From: Escherichia coli
GTDB lineage: Bacteria > Pseudomonadota > Gammaproteobacteria > Enterobacterales > Enterobacteriaceae
Length of the DNA stretch: 64,000 bases
Reading direction: 5' to 3' (one strand)
Assembly (NCBI RefSeq): GCF_013122565.1
Contig: NZ_CP053258.1
Shown here: piece after piece, positions 11,048 through 21,908 of the stretch
Layout: each line of letters opens with the position of its first letter
Position numbering within the stretch: the stretch's first letter is position 1
Translations under genes and position numbers: made by a program
The notes under the pieces: generated by a model
Databases searched by the model: none
What the model was told of the DNA's origin: nothing
The model's input: the letters and a program-made list of their open reading frames with translations, nothing else

Positions 11048-11514
11048 ATGATACTTTGGTCTGTGAAAAAAGAAACCGATATCCGGCGTGGAAGGCATTG
11101 TGTTTTCCTGATGCATGTTCACCTGGTCTTTGTCCCAAATACCGACGCCAGATTTTTGACCATGACGCGACAGAAAAACTACGCACTTACTTTTCAAATG
11201 TATGTGCTGATTTTGAAGCTGAACTGGTTGAAATGGATGGCGAACCAGATCACGTCCATTTGTTAATTAACTATCCTCCCAAACTGGCGATATCCAGTCT
11301 GGTAAACAGCCTCAAAGGCGTATCGGGTAGGTTACTGCGACGAGATCGACCAGATATTGCAGTCAGGTATTACTACAAAGGCGTTTTGTTGAGTCCTGGC
11401 TATTTTGCCAGTAGCTGCGGAGGTGCGCCAATATCCGTCATCCGCCAATACATTGAACAACAGCAAACACCTGGTCAGGTGGAAAACCGCGCCTTATATC
11501 CCCGCCCTGAATGA
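11048..11514 (+). pseudogene. tnpA: IS200-like Y1 (HuH) transposase TnpA, apparently disrupted by a -1 frameshift near codon 30
   Basis: N-terminal motif HCVFLMHVHLVFVP is in the frame starting at 11048; the rest (PKYRRQIF...HVHLLINYPPK...LKGVSGRLL) is in the frame starting at 11056; the shift is in an A-run (cccaaatac where cccaaaatac is expected) around 11137-11142. Confidence 0.6.
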
Positions 11515-11535
11515 ACGGGGTTTTACGGCGCACCG

Positions 11536-11613
11536 GATAAAGCAATCATCGTTCTTGGGGCGTTAATTGCGCTGCTGGAACTGCTCCGCTTTCTGCTTCA
11601 GCTTCTGAACTGA
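11536..11613 (+). pseudogene. dinQ: dinQ remnant: type I toxin peptide coding sequence (…DKAIIVLGALIALLELLRFLLQLLN) lacking its own start codon and directly abutting the IS right end
   Basis: In-frame translation up to the stop at 11611-11613 matches the DinQ hydrophobic peptide as recalled (K-12 MIDKAIIVLGALIALLELIRFLLQLLN); no ATG/GTG precedes DKAII here. Confidence 0.6.
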
Positions 11614-11630
11614 TAGCGGAAACGTAACTA

Positions 11631-11662
11631 AGGGCAAAGAGCACACCACTCTTTGCCCTTTA
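11631..11662. terminator. Hairpin terminator between convergent dinQ and gor
   Basis: agggcaaagag-cacaccact-ctctttgccct perfect 11-bp stem immediately 3' of the gor stop (11667) and of dinQ. Confidence 0.65.
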
Positions 11663-11666
11663 ACAT

Positions 11667-13019
11667 TTAACGCATTGTCACGAACTCTTCTGCCGCCGTT
11701 GGGTGAATGGCGACGGTATTGTCGAAGTCTTTTTTGGTTGCGCCCATCTTCAGCGCCACCGCGAAGCCCTGCAACATTTCGTCCATACCAAAGCCAATGC
11801 CGTGAATACCGACAATCTTCTCTTCTGGCCCAACGCACACCAGCTTCATGCGGCACGGCTGGCGGTGAGTGGTGACGGCGGTATACATCGCGGTGAAAGA
11901 GGATTTATACACTTTCACCTGATCGTCGCCGTACTGCTCGCGCGCCTGCGGTTCCGTTAAACCAACAGTACCAATCGGCGGATGGCTGAAGACCACGGTC
12001 GGAATGTTGCTGTAATCCAGATGCTCATCCGGCTTGTTATTAAACAGGCGTTCAGAGAGGCGGCGACCCGCTGCAACTGCCACCGGTGTCAGTTCTACTG
12101 CACCCGTGTTATCGCCCACCGCGTAAATACCTTCAATGTTGGTGTTTTGATATTTATCGACGACGATATAGCCTTTTTCGTTGGTTTTAACGCCAGCGGC
12201 TTCGAGGTTGATGTTGTCATTGGCAGGCTCGCGACCAATCGCCCAAATCAGGCAATCCACCGTTTCACTGCGACCATCTTCCAGCTCCAGCGTCAGGCTA
12301 CCATCGGCATTTTTCACTACCGCTTTCGGGATGGCGTTGGTGTGCAACTGCGAGCCTTCGGCGTTCATCACTTCGACCAGCGTTTCAGAGATCATCGGGT
12401 CGAAGCTGCGCAGCGGCGCATGTTTACGCACAAACAGATGCGTTTTCGCGCCGAGGCCGTTAATCACGCCCGCCAGCTCAACGGCGATGTAACCCGCGCC
12501 AACAACCGCCACGCGCTCTGGCAAAGCAGGAAGGGCGAAGAAGCCATCAGAATCAATACCGTATTCCACGCCCGGAATATCCGGGTGGCTCGGACGACCG
12601 CCGGTGGCGATCAGAATATGATCGGCCGTGATGGTTTCACCGTTAACTTCCAGCGTTTTGGCATCAACGAAGCGGGCAAAGCCTTTGATTACATCAACGT
12701 TATTTTTACCGAGCACGTTTTCATAGGAAGTATGAATACGGTCGATATAGGCGGTACGGCTGGCGATCAACGTTTCCCAGTTGAATTTATTGATCGTGGT
12801 ATCGAAACCATAATCCGGACCGTACATGTGGATCGCTTCACGGATTTGCGCCGCGTGCCACATCACTTTCTTCGGTACGCAGCCGACGTTCACGCAGGTG
12901 CCGCCCAGCTCTTTGGCTTCAATCAGCGCGCATTTCTGACCGTACATAGCCGCGCGGTTGATGGAGGCAATACCGCCGCTGCCGCCGCCGATGGCGATGT
13001 AATCATAGTGTTTAGTCAT
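11667..13019 (-). CDS. gor: Glutathione reductase Gor (450 aa)
   Basis: FAD-binding GGGSGG N-terminus, redox-active [10 protein letters not shown] motif; full-length match to Gor. Confidence 0.95.
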   Translation of the reverse strand: MTKHYDYIAIGGGSGGIASINRAAMYGQKCALIEAKELGGTCVNVGCVPKKVMWHAAQIREAIHMYGPDYGFDTTINKFNWETLIASRTAYIDRIHTSYENVLGKNNVDVIKGFARFVDAKTLEVNGETITADHILIATGGRPSHPDIPGVEYGIDSDGFFALPALPERVAVVGAGYIAVELAGVINGLGAKTHLFVRKHAPLRSFDPMISETLVEVMNAEGSQLHTNAIPKAVVKNADGSLTLELEDGRSETVDCLIWAIGREPANDNINLEAAGVKTNEKGYIVVDKYQNTNIEGIYAVGDNTGAVELTPVAVAAGRRLSERLFNNKPDEHLDYSNIPTVVFSHPPIGTVGLTEPQAREQYGDDQVKVYKSSFTAMYTAVTTHRQPCRMKLVCVGPEEKIVGIHGIGFGMDEMLQGFAVALKMGATKKDFDNTVAIHPTAAEEFVTMR

Positions 13020-13090
13020 GACAGAGTGTCCTTATCGTTGATTACCGCGATTGTAGCGCGAGACGTAATAGGTGCCAGCGATGGCTGCAA

Positions 13091-13933
13091 TTACTCCGGC
13101 ACGATCCAGCTTACGGTGGCGTGCCCGGTGCCAGCCGGAACCAGTTTGCTGTGCAGCCACGGCAGCACGTTATTCATCTGCTGTTCCAGCTTCCACGGCG
13201 GGTTAATCACAATCATGCCGGAAGCGGTCATGCCACGGCGATCGCTGTCTGGCAGTACCGCCAGTTCAATTTGCAGAATTTTGCGAATGCCAGTCGCTTC
13301 CAGGTCGTGGATCATGCGCTTAATTTGCTGACGCAGCACCACTGGATACCACAATGCGTAAGTGCCAGTGGCGAAACGTTTGTAGCCTTCTGCTATCCCG
13401 CTGACCACCGCCTGATAGTCGATTTTCATTTCATACGGCGGGTCGATAAGGATTAAACCACGGCGGGAAACCGGCGGCAGCTTGGCTTTAAGCTGCTGGA
13501 AACCGTCGGCTTTTTCCACGCGTGCGCGGCTGTCTTTCTGAAATTCAGAACGCAGCAACGGGTAATCGCTCGGGTGCAGTTCGGTCAGTTGCAGGCTGTC
13601 CTGTTCACGCAGTAACTGACGAGCAATCAACGGCGAACCGGGGTAGTAACGCAACTGACCGCTACGGTTGAAGTGTTTTACCACATTGATGTACGGCTCA
13701 AGCTCCGCAGGCAAATCGTCCTGCTGCCAGATACGGGCGATACCTTCGAGATATTCGCCGGTACGCTCGGCATGTTCGCTGCCTAACTGATAACGCCCGG
13801 CCCCTGCGTGGGTATCGAGATAGAGAAACGGTTTATCTTTCTCTTTCAGCGACTCGATGATCAGGCTCTGAACGGTATGTTTAAGGACGTCGGCGTGGTT
13901 GCCAGCGTGAAAGCTGTGGCGATAACTGAGCAT
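13091..13933 (-). CDS. rlmJ: 23S rRNA m6A2030 methyltransferase RlmJ/YhiR (280 aa from MLSYRHSFHAGN)
   Basis: Translation matches RlmJ; synteny between gor and prlC. Confidence 0.85.
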   Translation of the reverse strand: MLSYRHSFHAGNHADVLKHTVQSLIIESLKEKDKPFLYLDTHAGAGRYQLGSEHAERTGEYLEGIARIWQQDDLPAELEPYINVVKHFNRSGQLRYYPGSPLIARQLLREQDSLQLTELHPSDYPLLRSEFQKDSRARVEKADGFQQLKAKLPPVSRRGLILIDPPYEMKIDYQAVVSGIAEGYKRFATGTYALWYPVVLRQQIKRMIHDLEATGIRKILQIELAVLPDSDRRGMTASGMIVINPPWKLEQQMNNVLPWLHSKLVPAGTGHATVSWIVPE

Positions 13934-14040
13934 GGGTAAAGGTGTTCCGGTAAGTAAAAATCGGCCCGTATTCGGGGCGCACAAAAGTCTATCAGGACAG
14001 TATACCGAAAAGAGGCCGCCGCCGCGAAAGCGTAACGTTT

Positions 14041-14073
14041 CTCATTGAAATTCACTACACTTAACCCCATGCT
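14041..14073 (+). promoter_or_regulatory. sigma32 heat-shock promoter of prlC
   Basis: CTCATTGAAA -N14- CCCCATGCT matches the sigma32 consensus (CTTGAAA ... CCCCATNT), about 65 bp upstream of the prlC start. Confidence 0.6.
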
Positions 14074-14135
14074 ACACACATTATGTAAAGCGCCTGTTGA
14101 GCGCTTCCTTAACCTCTTTAACCAGGACTGCGCTA

Positions 14136-16178
14136 ATGACGAATCCGTTACTGACTCCCTTTGAATTGCCTCCGTTTTCTAAAATTCTCCCGGAACATGT
14201 CGTTCCAGCCGTGACTAAGGCATTGAACGACTGCCGCGAAAACGTGGAGCGCGTAGTAGCGCAAGGGGCACCGTACACCTGGGAAAATCTCTGCCAGCCG
14301 TTGGCGGAAGTGGACGATGTGCTGGGGCGTATCTTCTCCCCGATCAGCCACCTGAACTCGGTGAAAAATAGCCCGGAACTGCGTGAAGCGTACGAACAAA
14401 CCCTGCCGCTGCTGTCGGAATACAGCACCTGGGTAGGGCAACATGAAGGGCTGTATAAAGCGTATCGCGACCTGCGCGATGGCGATCATTACGCCACGCT
14501 GAACACGGCGCAGAAGAAAGCGGTTGATAACGCACTGCGCGACTTTGAACTCTCTGGCATCGGTCTGCCGAAAGAGAAACAGCAGCGTTACGGCGAAATT
14601 GCTACCCGTCTTTCTGAACTGGGCAACCAGTACAGCAACAACGTCCTCGACGCGACGATGGGCTGGACCAAACTCGTTACCGACGAAGCGGAACTGGCGG
14701 GAATGCCTGAAAGCGCGCTGGCTGCGGCAAAAGCCCAGGCTGAAGCGAAAGAGCTGGAAGGCTACCTGCTGACGCTGGATATCCCAAGCTACCTGCCGGT
14801 AATGACCTACTGCGACAACCAGGCTCTGCGCGAAGAGATGTATCGTGCTTACAGCACCCGCGCTTCCGATCAAGGTCCGAACGCCGGTAAGTGGGACAAC
14901 AGCAAGGTGATGGAAGAGATCCTCGCGCTGCGTCACGAACTGGCGCAACTGCTGGGCTTTGAAAACTACGCCTTTAAATCCCTTGCCACTAAAATGGCAG
15001 AAAACCCGCAGCAGGTGCTTGATTTCTTAACCGATCTGGCAAAACGCGCGCGTCCGCAAGGTGAAAAAGAGCTGGCGCAACTGCGTGCCTTCGCTAAAGC
15101 CGAATTTGGCGTGGATGAGTTGCAGCCGTGGGATATCGCGTACTACAGCGAAAAACAAAAACAGCACCTCTACAGCATCAGTGACGAACAGCTGCGTCCG
15201 TACTTCCCGGAAAACAAAGCGGTTAACGGCCTGTTTGAAGTGGTTAAGCGTATTTACGGCATCACCGCTAAAGAGCGTAAAGATGTTGATGTCTGGCATC
15301 CGGATGTACGTTTCTTCGAACTGTATGACGAGAACAACGAACTGCGCGGTAGCTTCTACCTCGACCTGTATGCCCGTGAAAACAAGCGCGGCGGGGCGTG
15401 GATGGATGACTGCGTAGGCCAGATGCGCAAAGCTGACGGTTCTCTGCAAAAACCGGTCGCGTATCTGACCTGTAACTTTAACCGCCCGGTAAATGGTAAA
15501 CCGGCGCTGTTCACTCACGACGAAGTGATCACCCTGTTCCACGAGTTCGGTCACGGCCTGCACCATATGCTGACCCGCATTGAAACCGCCGGTGTTTCCG
15601 GGATCAGCGGGGTGCCGTGGGATGCGGTCGAACTGCCGAGTCAGTTTATGGAAAACTGGTGCTGGGAGCCGGAGGCGCTGGCGTTTATCTCCGGACACTA
15701 TGAAACCGGCGAACCGCTGCCGAAGGAGCTGCTGGATAAAATGCTGGCGGCGAAGAACTACCAGGCGGCGCTGTTTATTCTGCGCCAGCTGGAGTTCGGC
15801 CTGTTCGATTTCCGCCTCCATGCCGAGTTCCGCCCGGATCAGGGAGCGAAAATCCTCGAAACTCTGGCAGAAATCAAGAAACTGGTTGCCGTAGTACCGT
15901 CTCCATCCTGGGGCCGTTTCCCGCATGCTTTCAGCCATATTTTCGCCGGTGGTTATGCCGCAGGTTACTACAGCTACCTGTGGGCCGACGTGCTGGCGGC
16001 AGATGCCTTCTCGCGCTTTGAGGAAGAGGGCATTTTCAACCGTGAAACCGGGCAGTCGTTCCTCGACAACATTCTGAGCCGTGGCGGTTCAGAAGAGCCG
16101 ATGGATCTGTTCAAACGCTTCCGTGGTCGTGAACCGCAGCTGGATGCGATGCTGGAGCATTACGGCATTAAGGGCTGA
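14136..16178 (+). CDS. prlC: Oligopeptidase A PrlC/OpdA (M3 zinc metallopeptidase, 680 aa from [10 protein letters not shown])
   Basis: HEFGH zinc-binding motif ([13 protein letters not shown]); full-length similarity to OpdA. Confidence 0.95.
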   Translation: MTNPLLTPFELPPFSKILPEHVVPAVTKALNDCRENVERVVAQGAPYTWENLCQPLAEVDDVLGRIFSPISHLNSVKNSPELREAYEQTLPLLSEYSTWVGQHEGLYKAYRDLRDGDHYATLNTAQKKAVDNALRDFELSGIGLPKEKQQRYGEIATRLSELGNQYSNNVLDATMGWTKLVTDEAELAGMPESALAAAKAQAEAKELEGYLLTLDIPSYLPVMTYCDNQALREEMYRAYSTRASDQGPNAGKWDNSKVMEEILALRHELAQLLGFENYAFKSLATKMAENPQQVLDFLTDLAKRARPQGEKELAQLRAFAKAEFGVDELQPWDIAYYSEKQKQHLYSISDEQLRPYFPENKAVNGLFEVVKRIYGITAKERKDVDVWHPDVRFFELYDENNELRGSFYLDLYARENKRGGAWMDDCVGQMRKADGSLQKPVAYLTCNFNRPVNGKPALFTHDEVITLFHEFGHGLHHMLTRIETAGVSGISGVPWDAVELPSQFMENWCWEPEALAFISGHYETGEPLPKELLDKMLAAKNYQAALFILRQLEFGLFDFRLHAEFRPDQGAKILETLAEIKKLVAVVPSPSWGRFPHAFSHIFAGGYAAGYYSYLWADVLAADAFSRFEEEGIFNRETGQSFLDNILSRGGSEEPMDLFKRFRGREPQLDAMLEHYGIKG

Positions 16179-16185
16179 TCATTCA

Positions 16186-16938
16186 GTGAAAATCTGCTTA
16201 ATTGATGAAACAGGCACCGGAGACGGTGCCTTATCTGTTCTGGCGGCCCGCTGGGGGCTGGAGCACGATGAAGACAACCTGATGGCGCTGGTGTTAACGC
16301 CGGAACATCTGGAATTGCGCAAGCGTGATGAGCCAAAACTTGGCGGCATCTTTGTTGATTTTGTTGGCGGAGCGATGGCGCACCGACGCAAATTCGGCGG
16401 TGGTCGCGGTGAGGCGGTGGCGAAAGCGGTGGGCATTAAAGGCGATTATTTGCCGGATGTGGTGGACGCCACCGCAGGGCTGGGGCGCGATGCCTTTGTG
16501 CTGGCTTCAGTCGGCTGCCGCGTGCGGATGCTGGAGCGTAATCCAGTCGTTGCCGCATTGCTCGACGACGGCCTGGCGCGTGGTTATGCGGATGCGGAAA
16601 TCGGCGGCTGGTTGCAGGAGCGGTTGCAGTTAATTCACGCCTCCAGCCTGACGGCGCTAACCGATATTACCCCACGCCCGCAGGTGGTCTATCTCGATCC
16701 GATGTTCCCGCATAAGCAGAAAAGCGCGCTGGTGAAAAAAGAGATGCGCGTGTTTCAGTCGCTGGTGGGACCGGATCTTGATGCCGATGGATTACTGGAG
16801 CCTGCACGCTTGCTGGCGACCAAACGCGTGGTGGTAAAGCGCCCGGACTACGCGCCACCGCTGGCGAATGTCGCCACGCCAAACGCGGTAGTCACTAAAG
16901 GGCATCGCTTTGATATTTATGCCGGAACGCCGGTGTAA
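16186..16938 (+). CDS. rsmJ: 16S rRNA m2G1516 methyltransferase RsmJ/YhiQ (250 aa, GTG start)
   Basis: Translation [25 protein letters not shown]... matches RsmJ; GTG at 16186. Confidence 0.85.
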   Translation: MKICLIDETGTGDGALSVLAARWGLEHDEDNLMALVLTPEHLELRKRDEPKLGGIFVDFVGGAMAHRRKFGGGRGEAVAKAVGIKGDYLPDVVDATAGLGRDAFVLASVGCRVRMLERNPVVAALLDDGLARGYADAEIGGWLQERLQLIHASSLTALTDITPRPQVVYLDPMFPHKQKSALVKKEMRVFQSLVGPDLDADGLLEPARLLATKRVVVKRPDYAPPLANVATPNAVVTKGHRFDIYAGTPV

Positions 16939-16986
16939 AAGTAAAGCGGGGTAGCGATAACGCTACCCTGCTTTCTGCAAGAATAA

Positions 16987-18456
16987 TTAATGGCTTTCCG
17001 GCGTCGCAATCATGCGTTTCAGCCACGGCACCATCAACAGCATCACAACTGCAACGCCCAGCGTGACCAGACCAATCTTACCAAACACGTTGGTATAGAC
17101 GGGCAACGTCTCAAGCGGATCGGTAATGTTGTCCGGCACCGCGGTAAATGTTGCCACATAGCCGCCCAGCAAGAACGCGGCAGCCTGCGTCAGGAACCAC
17201 ATCCCGAGAATAAAGCCCATCAAATGCTGCGGCACCAGGGCAGCAATCATCGCCAGGCCAAGGGCGCTAATAAACAGTTCACCTAAGCTCTGGAATAAGT
17301 ACACCAGCACGATAAACCATGGCGATGTCAGCCCTTGTGCATCCGCAAACCACATTCCCGCAGCTGCCGCCGTCAAAAAGCCCAGTGAGCACATAAACAT
17401 GCCGAGAGTAAATTTCATCGGCATCGAGAGGTCTTTGCCTTTGTTACCCAGATGCGTGTAAATGCCTGCCAGTATTGGGCTGGCGAGTACCACCCAGAAC
17501 GGGTTAAGCGCCTGGAAGCTGACCGGGTTGATGGAAAAACCGAGAATTTCATGATGCACGTTGTTGATGGCAAAGAAGTTCAGCGATGTTGGCATCTGGG
17601 CGTAGAGAATGTAAAACACCACCGCTTCGAGCATCAGGACAAAGGCGACAAACATTTTATTGCGCCCGGTTTTATCCAGCTTGAATGCCTGACGAAAGAA
17701 GATGATGGTGACGACGATGGAGAGAACAATCAGCACCAGATTGGCGACTTCTACGTTGTGCATCAGCCAGGCACAGACGAAGATCATCACCACGCTGCCA
17801 AGTAACACGTACAACAGTTTGCTGAAGCTCATCGGCCGGAAGTCGGGTTCAGAACCAATGTCTTTCACCATTCCACGACAGGCGATGTAAACCAGTAATG
17901 CGATAATTAACCCCGCCCCGCACAGGTTGTAGGTGACAGAATAACCGAATCTATCAGCGATCACAGGGGCCAGCGATAACGCTATCAACGAGCCGATATT
18001 GATCGACATATAGAACAGGGTGAATGCGCCATCAAGCCGCGGATCTTTCGGCGGATAGCACTTCGAAAGCAAGCTGGCTGGGTTAGCTTTAAACAGGCCG
18101 TTACCGACAGCGATAGTCCCCAGGGCGATGAAAATCAGGTCAGGCTTAAGTAGCGACAGGCCGGTCATGAAGTAGCCAATCGCCAGCACAAGTGCTCCGA
18201 GAACGATGGTGCGTTTGGTCCCCAGCAGGTGGTCGCCGACATAGCCGCCAATGGAAATGAGGCCATAGACCAGCGCAGCAAAAGCACCAAAAGTGACAAA
18301 AGCCTGCTCTTGCGAGAATCCAAGCTGTTTAACGAAGAAAACCGCCAGTACGCCCTGCACGCCGTAGTAGCCGAATCGCTCCCATAACTCGACAAAAAAG
18401 ATCATGAAAAATGGGCGAGGTTGCTGCAGCATCCCCATGGGTGTTGTTGTATTCAT
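16987..18456 (-). CDS. dtpB: Proton-dependent di/tripeptide transporter DtpB/YhiP (POT family, 489 aa)
   Basis: 12-TM MFS/POT-type protein matching DtpB; synteny. Confidence 0.9.
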   Translation of the reverse strand: MNTTTPMGMLQQPRPFFMIFFVELWERFGYYGVQGVLAVFFVKQLGFSQEQAFVTFGAFAALVYGLISIGGYVGDHLLGTKRTIVLGALVLAIGYFMTGLSLLKPDLIFIALGTIAVGNGLFKANPASLLSKCYPPKDPRLDGAFTLFYMSINIGSLIALSLAPVIADRFGYSVTYNLCGAGLIIALLVYIACRGMVKDIGSEPDFRPMSFSKLLYVLLGSVVMIFVCAWLMHNVEVANLVLIVLSIVVTIIFFRQAFKLDKTGRNKMFVAFVLMLEAVVFYILYAQMPTSLNFFAINNVHHEILGFSINPVSFQALNPFWVVLASPILAGIYTHLGNKGKDLSMPMKFTLGMFMCSLGFLTAAAAGMWFADAQGLTSPWFIVLVYLFQSLGELFISALGLAMIAALVPQHLMGFILGMWFLTQAAAFLLGGYVATFTAVPDNITDPLETLPVYTNVFGKIGLVTLGVAVVMLLMVPWLKRMIATPESH

Positions 18457-18723
18457 ATTTATTAACCTTCCAATACCATCCTGAAAAGTATGAACGCGTA
18501 AGGGATAACGCGCGAAAAAGTTTACATCTGTCAGAGATTCTTAATATTGATGCGGTGAATAGATTAATACACTATTACAACAGAAAATAACCAGCTGATC
18601 ACACTAATGATGGAAAATATGATGGTGTTAAATGTTGTATTGGCAGGGGGTTTTGATTGCGTGCGCAGATCGTAGGCCAGATAAGGTGTTTACGCTGCAT
18701 CAGGTAACAAGGCGCGCCAAAAA

Positions 18724-18750
18724 GCAAAACGCCCGCATATGCGGGCGTTC
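18724..18750 (-). terminator. uspA rho-independent terminator
   Basis: gcccgcatatgcgggcg hairpin followed by a T-rich run on the minus strand just 3' of the uspA stop. Confidence 0.65.
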
Positions 18751-18773
18751 AGGAACACGTCGTGGAGAGAAGA

Positions 18774-19208
18774 TTATTCTTCTTCGTCGCGCAGCGGAAC
18801 AATCAGCATATCAACGTGAACGGTGTTGATCAGCTGACGTGCGGAAGACATCAGTTTGCTCCAGAAGTCCTGGTGGTGACCACAAACCACCAGATCCATA
18901 TCGTATTTCTTGATTGCATCGACCAGAACCTGGCCCAGGTCGCCGCTGCCGCTCAGGGTTTCAGTGATTGGGTAGCCTGCATTAGTGGAAAGCTCGGTCA
19001 GCGCATGATGTGTCTCTTCAGAGATGCGTTTCTGCATATCACCCAGATTCACATCAATAAGCCCGGTGTATAGGTCAGAGTAGTTTACATCTACGTGGAT
19101 CAGAGAAACTTTCGCATTATAGGGGCGAGCCATAGAGACTGCTTTCTCTACCAGAACTTTGCTTTCCGGGGAGAGATCGACCGCGATGAGAATGTGTTTA
19201 TAAGCCAT
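18774..19208 (-). CDS. uspA: Universal stress protein A (144 aa)
   Basis: Translation [24 protein letters not shown]... matches UspA. Confidence 0.95.
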
Positions 19209-19598
19209 AGTGTTACTCCTTCCATAAAGTTGTCGATGACTGGCCAGCTAGCGTTTCTTGTGCCGTTACGTCACCCGCGTCCTGCGAACTACGTGCGCGG
19301 GGCTAACCCAGCCGTAAAGATTCAGTGTTAAGACCATCCTTACCTTATAGCGACCCGGATGATCCGTCAATCCGCCTTGCTTACCCGTTAGATAAACAAA
19401 TTTTCGACATGAATATATTGATAGTGGTTAACCTTCTGGAAAAAAAACAACCTGATCTCCTACACTATCTATAGAGCCGCTCGGATGTTGGTCACCACAA
19501 AAGCGGTTTCTCCAGGACCTGGTGTTAACTGATTGGCAGCGTATCGGGAGCGGTAGCCCCGGGGTGGAACTCCGCGGGCAGGTCGCCGGGGAGGAGGT

Positions 19599-19934
19599 AT
19601 GATAAGCACCGTCGCATTATTTTGGGCTTTATGTGTCGTTTGCATTGTTAACATGGCGCGCTATTTCTCATCACTACGCGCGTTGTTAGTGGTACTGCGT
19701 AACTGCGATCCATTGCTCTATCAATATGTTGATGGAGGGGGCTTTTTTACCTCACATGGTCAACCCAACAAACAGGTGCGTCTCGTTTGGTATATCTATG
19801 CCCAACGTTATCGCGATCATCACGATGATGAGTTTATTCGCCGCTGTGAGCGGGTGCGTCGGCAGTTTATTCTGACCAGCGCATTGTGTGGTCTGGTGGT
19901 GGTCAGCCTGATTGCGTTGATGATTTGGCATTAA
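19599..19934 (+). CDS. uspB: Universal stress protein B (membrane, 111 aa)
   Basis: Translation [23 protein letters not shown]... matches UspB. Confidence 0.9.
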
Positions 19935-19989
19935 GCACTTCAGCAATAATAACGCATAAAAAAAGCGGGCCAGTAAACTGATCCGCTCG

Positions 19990-20110
19990 AGACTGATTAC
20001 AAACGCAAAATTGCCTGATGCGCTACGCTTATCAGGCCTACATAATCTCTGCAATCTATGGAATTTGCATGTTTTTGTAGGCCGGATAAGGCGTTCACGC
20101 CGCATCCGGC
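19990..20110. repeat. BIME (paired REP units) between uspB and pitA
   Basis: gcctgatgcgctacgcttatcaggcctaca ... gtaggccggataaggcgttcacgccgcatccggca. Confidence 0.8.
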
Positions 20111-20177
20111 ATGAACAAAGCGCACTATGTCATAATCTGAAGCGGGCCAGCTGACCCGCTCGTTTTGGTGTGTACGA

Positions 20178-21677
20178 TTACAGGAACTGCAAGGAGAGCC
20201 AGTACAGCCCGCCGGAAAGCAGTACCGCAGCCGGAAGGGTAAACACCCAGGCCATCAGAATGCTGGTCACGGTTTTACGCTGTAAGCCGCCACCATCTAC
20301 CACCATCGTCCCCGCGACAGAAGAGGAGAGTACGTGAGTAGTGGAAACCGGCATCCCGGTATAACTCGCCAGGCCGATAGACACTGCCGCAGTCATCTGG
20401 GCAGACATCCCCTGAGCGTAGGTCATGCCTTTCTTACCGATTTTCTCACCGATAGTCGTTGCCACACGACGCCAGCCAATCATCGTACCGATACCTAACG
20501 CCAGCGCGACCGCCATGATGATCCACACCGGTGCATACTCGATGGTGCTAAGCATGTCGGACTTCAGTTTCTTCAACAGGCGCTGATCGTCAGCACTCAC
20601 GCCAGGCATCTTCACCACTTTGTCGATAGTGTCAGAAACGCACAGCATAATGCGGCGCATCTGGCTACGTTGATCAAGCGACAGCTTGTCGTAGCTTTCC
20701 ACATCGGTAGTCAACATGCCTTTCAGGCGATTGAGCGCGTTAATGGTATTCGACGGATGGCAATGGAACTCCGCAGGTTGCGTTGCGCCAGCTTCCGGAG
20801 CCGGTACTAACTGATCAGCACCGGTAGCTTGTTTCAGCAGCGCAGGATGCTGCTCAAAGTAAGCTTCGACGTTGTTGATGGCATCACGGGTACGGGTAAT
20901 TTCGTAGCCAGTGGCATTCATGTTCACCACGAAGCCTGCTGGTGCGACACCAATCAATACCAACATAACCAGACCAATGCCTTTCTGACCATCGTTCGCG
21001 CCGTGCGAAAACGCCACGCCGATAGCGGAAAGGATCAGCGCAATACGCGTCCAGAACGGCGGCTTTTTCTTGCCGTCTTTCTTTTCACGCTCCGCTGGGG
21101 TCAGGTGGATACGGGCGCGTTTCTTGGTGCCGCTCCAGTAGCGACGCAGCAAGAAAATCAGACCGCCAGCAAACACCAGGCCGACAATAGGGGAAACGAT
21201 CAGAGAACCGAAAATACTTAATACTTTCGGGATATTGAGTGCATCCACCACTGACGTCCCGGTCATCAACGCATTGGTTAAACCAATCCCGATGATCGCG
21301 CCAATCAGCGTATGAGAGCTGGATGCAGGTAAACCAAAGTACCAGGTACCCAGGTTCCAGATAATCGCTGCCAGCAACATAGAGAACACCATGGCAAGGC
21401 CATGAGACGATCCCATATTAAGCAGCAGATCCGTCGGCAGCATATGCACAATGGCATAGGCAACACTCAGACCACCCAGCAAAACACCCAAAAAGTTGAA
21501 CACCGCCGCCATAACCACGGCGAGCTGAGAACGCATCGCGCGGGTATAGATAACGGTTGCCACGGCGTTGGCTGTGTCATGGAAACCATTGATGGCTTCG
21601 TAGAACAGCACAAAAGCCAGTGCAAGCAATAATAACAGCCCGGTATGCAAATCCAGGCCAGCAAACAAATGTAGCAT
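20178..21677 (-). CDS. pitA: Low-affinity inorganic phosphate transporter PitA (499 aa)
   Basis: PiT-family membrane protein; matches PitA. Confidence 0.95.
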
Positions 21678-21908
21678 AGGACGTTACGCCATTTTGAGGA
21701 CATGAACGCGGCGCATTATCAGTGACTTTCGCGGCGCGGGCAAAGTGAAATATAGACTTTTTTTGATTTGCCTCCTGTATGGATTTCACTCAAAAAATAA
21801 TTATCTTATATAATTCAGGCAAATACTTCCTTTTAGTAATATTGATGCTGGTGCGACCACTGAGGAATCTTTACAATTCACGCCCGTTTTTTCTTAGAGG
21901 AGCGCAAC

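Larger units (their letters stand above)
9780..11535. mobile_element. IS200/IS605-family insertion sequence (IS605-like organisation: divergent tnpB and tnpA); boundaries approximate
   Basis: Adjacent divergent OrfB/TnpB (402 aa) and a Y1 HuH TnpA with the HVHLL motif; CGCCCTGAATGA-containing subterminal sequences near both ends (about 9794 and 11503); absent from this position in K-12 as I recall. Confidence 0.75.

Noticed and set aside
11982-13331. 449-aa plus-strand ORF
   Set aside because: Lies entirely antisense to gor with an Arg/Ala-rich low-complexity translation; a shadow ORF of a GC-rich gene.
14148-15938. Minus-strand ORFs of 266 and 303 aa
   Set aside because: Antisense to prlC, whose plus-strand reading has the HEFGH zinc motif and full-length OpdA similarity; the minus-strand translations have no recognisable features.
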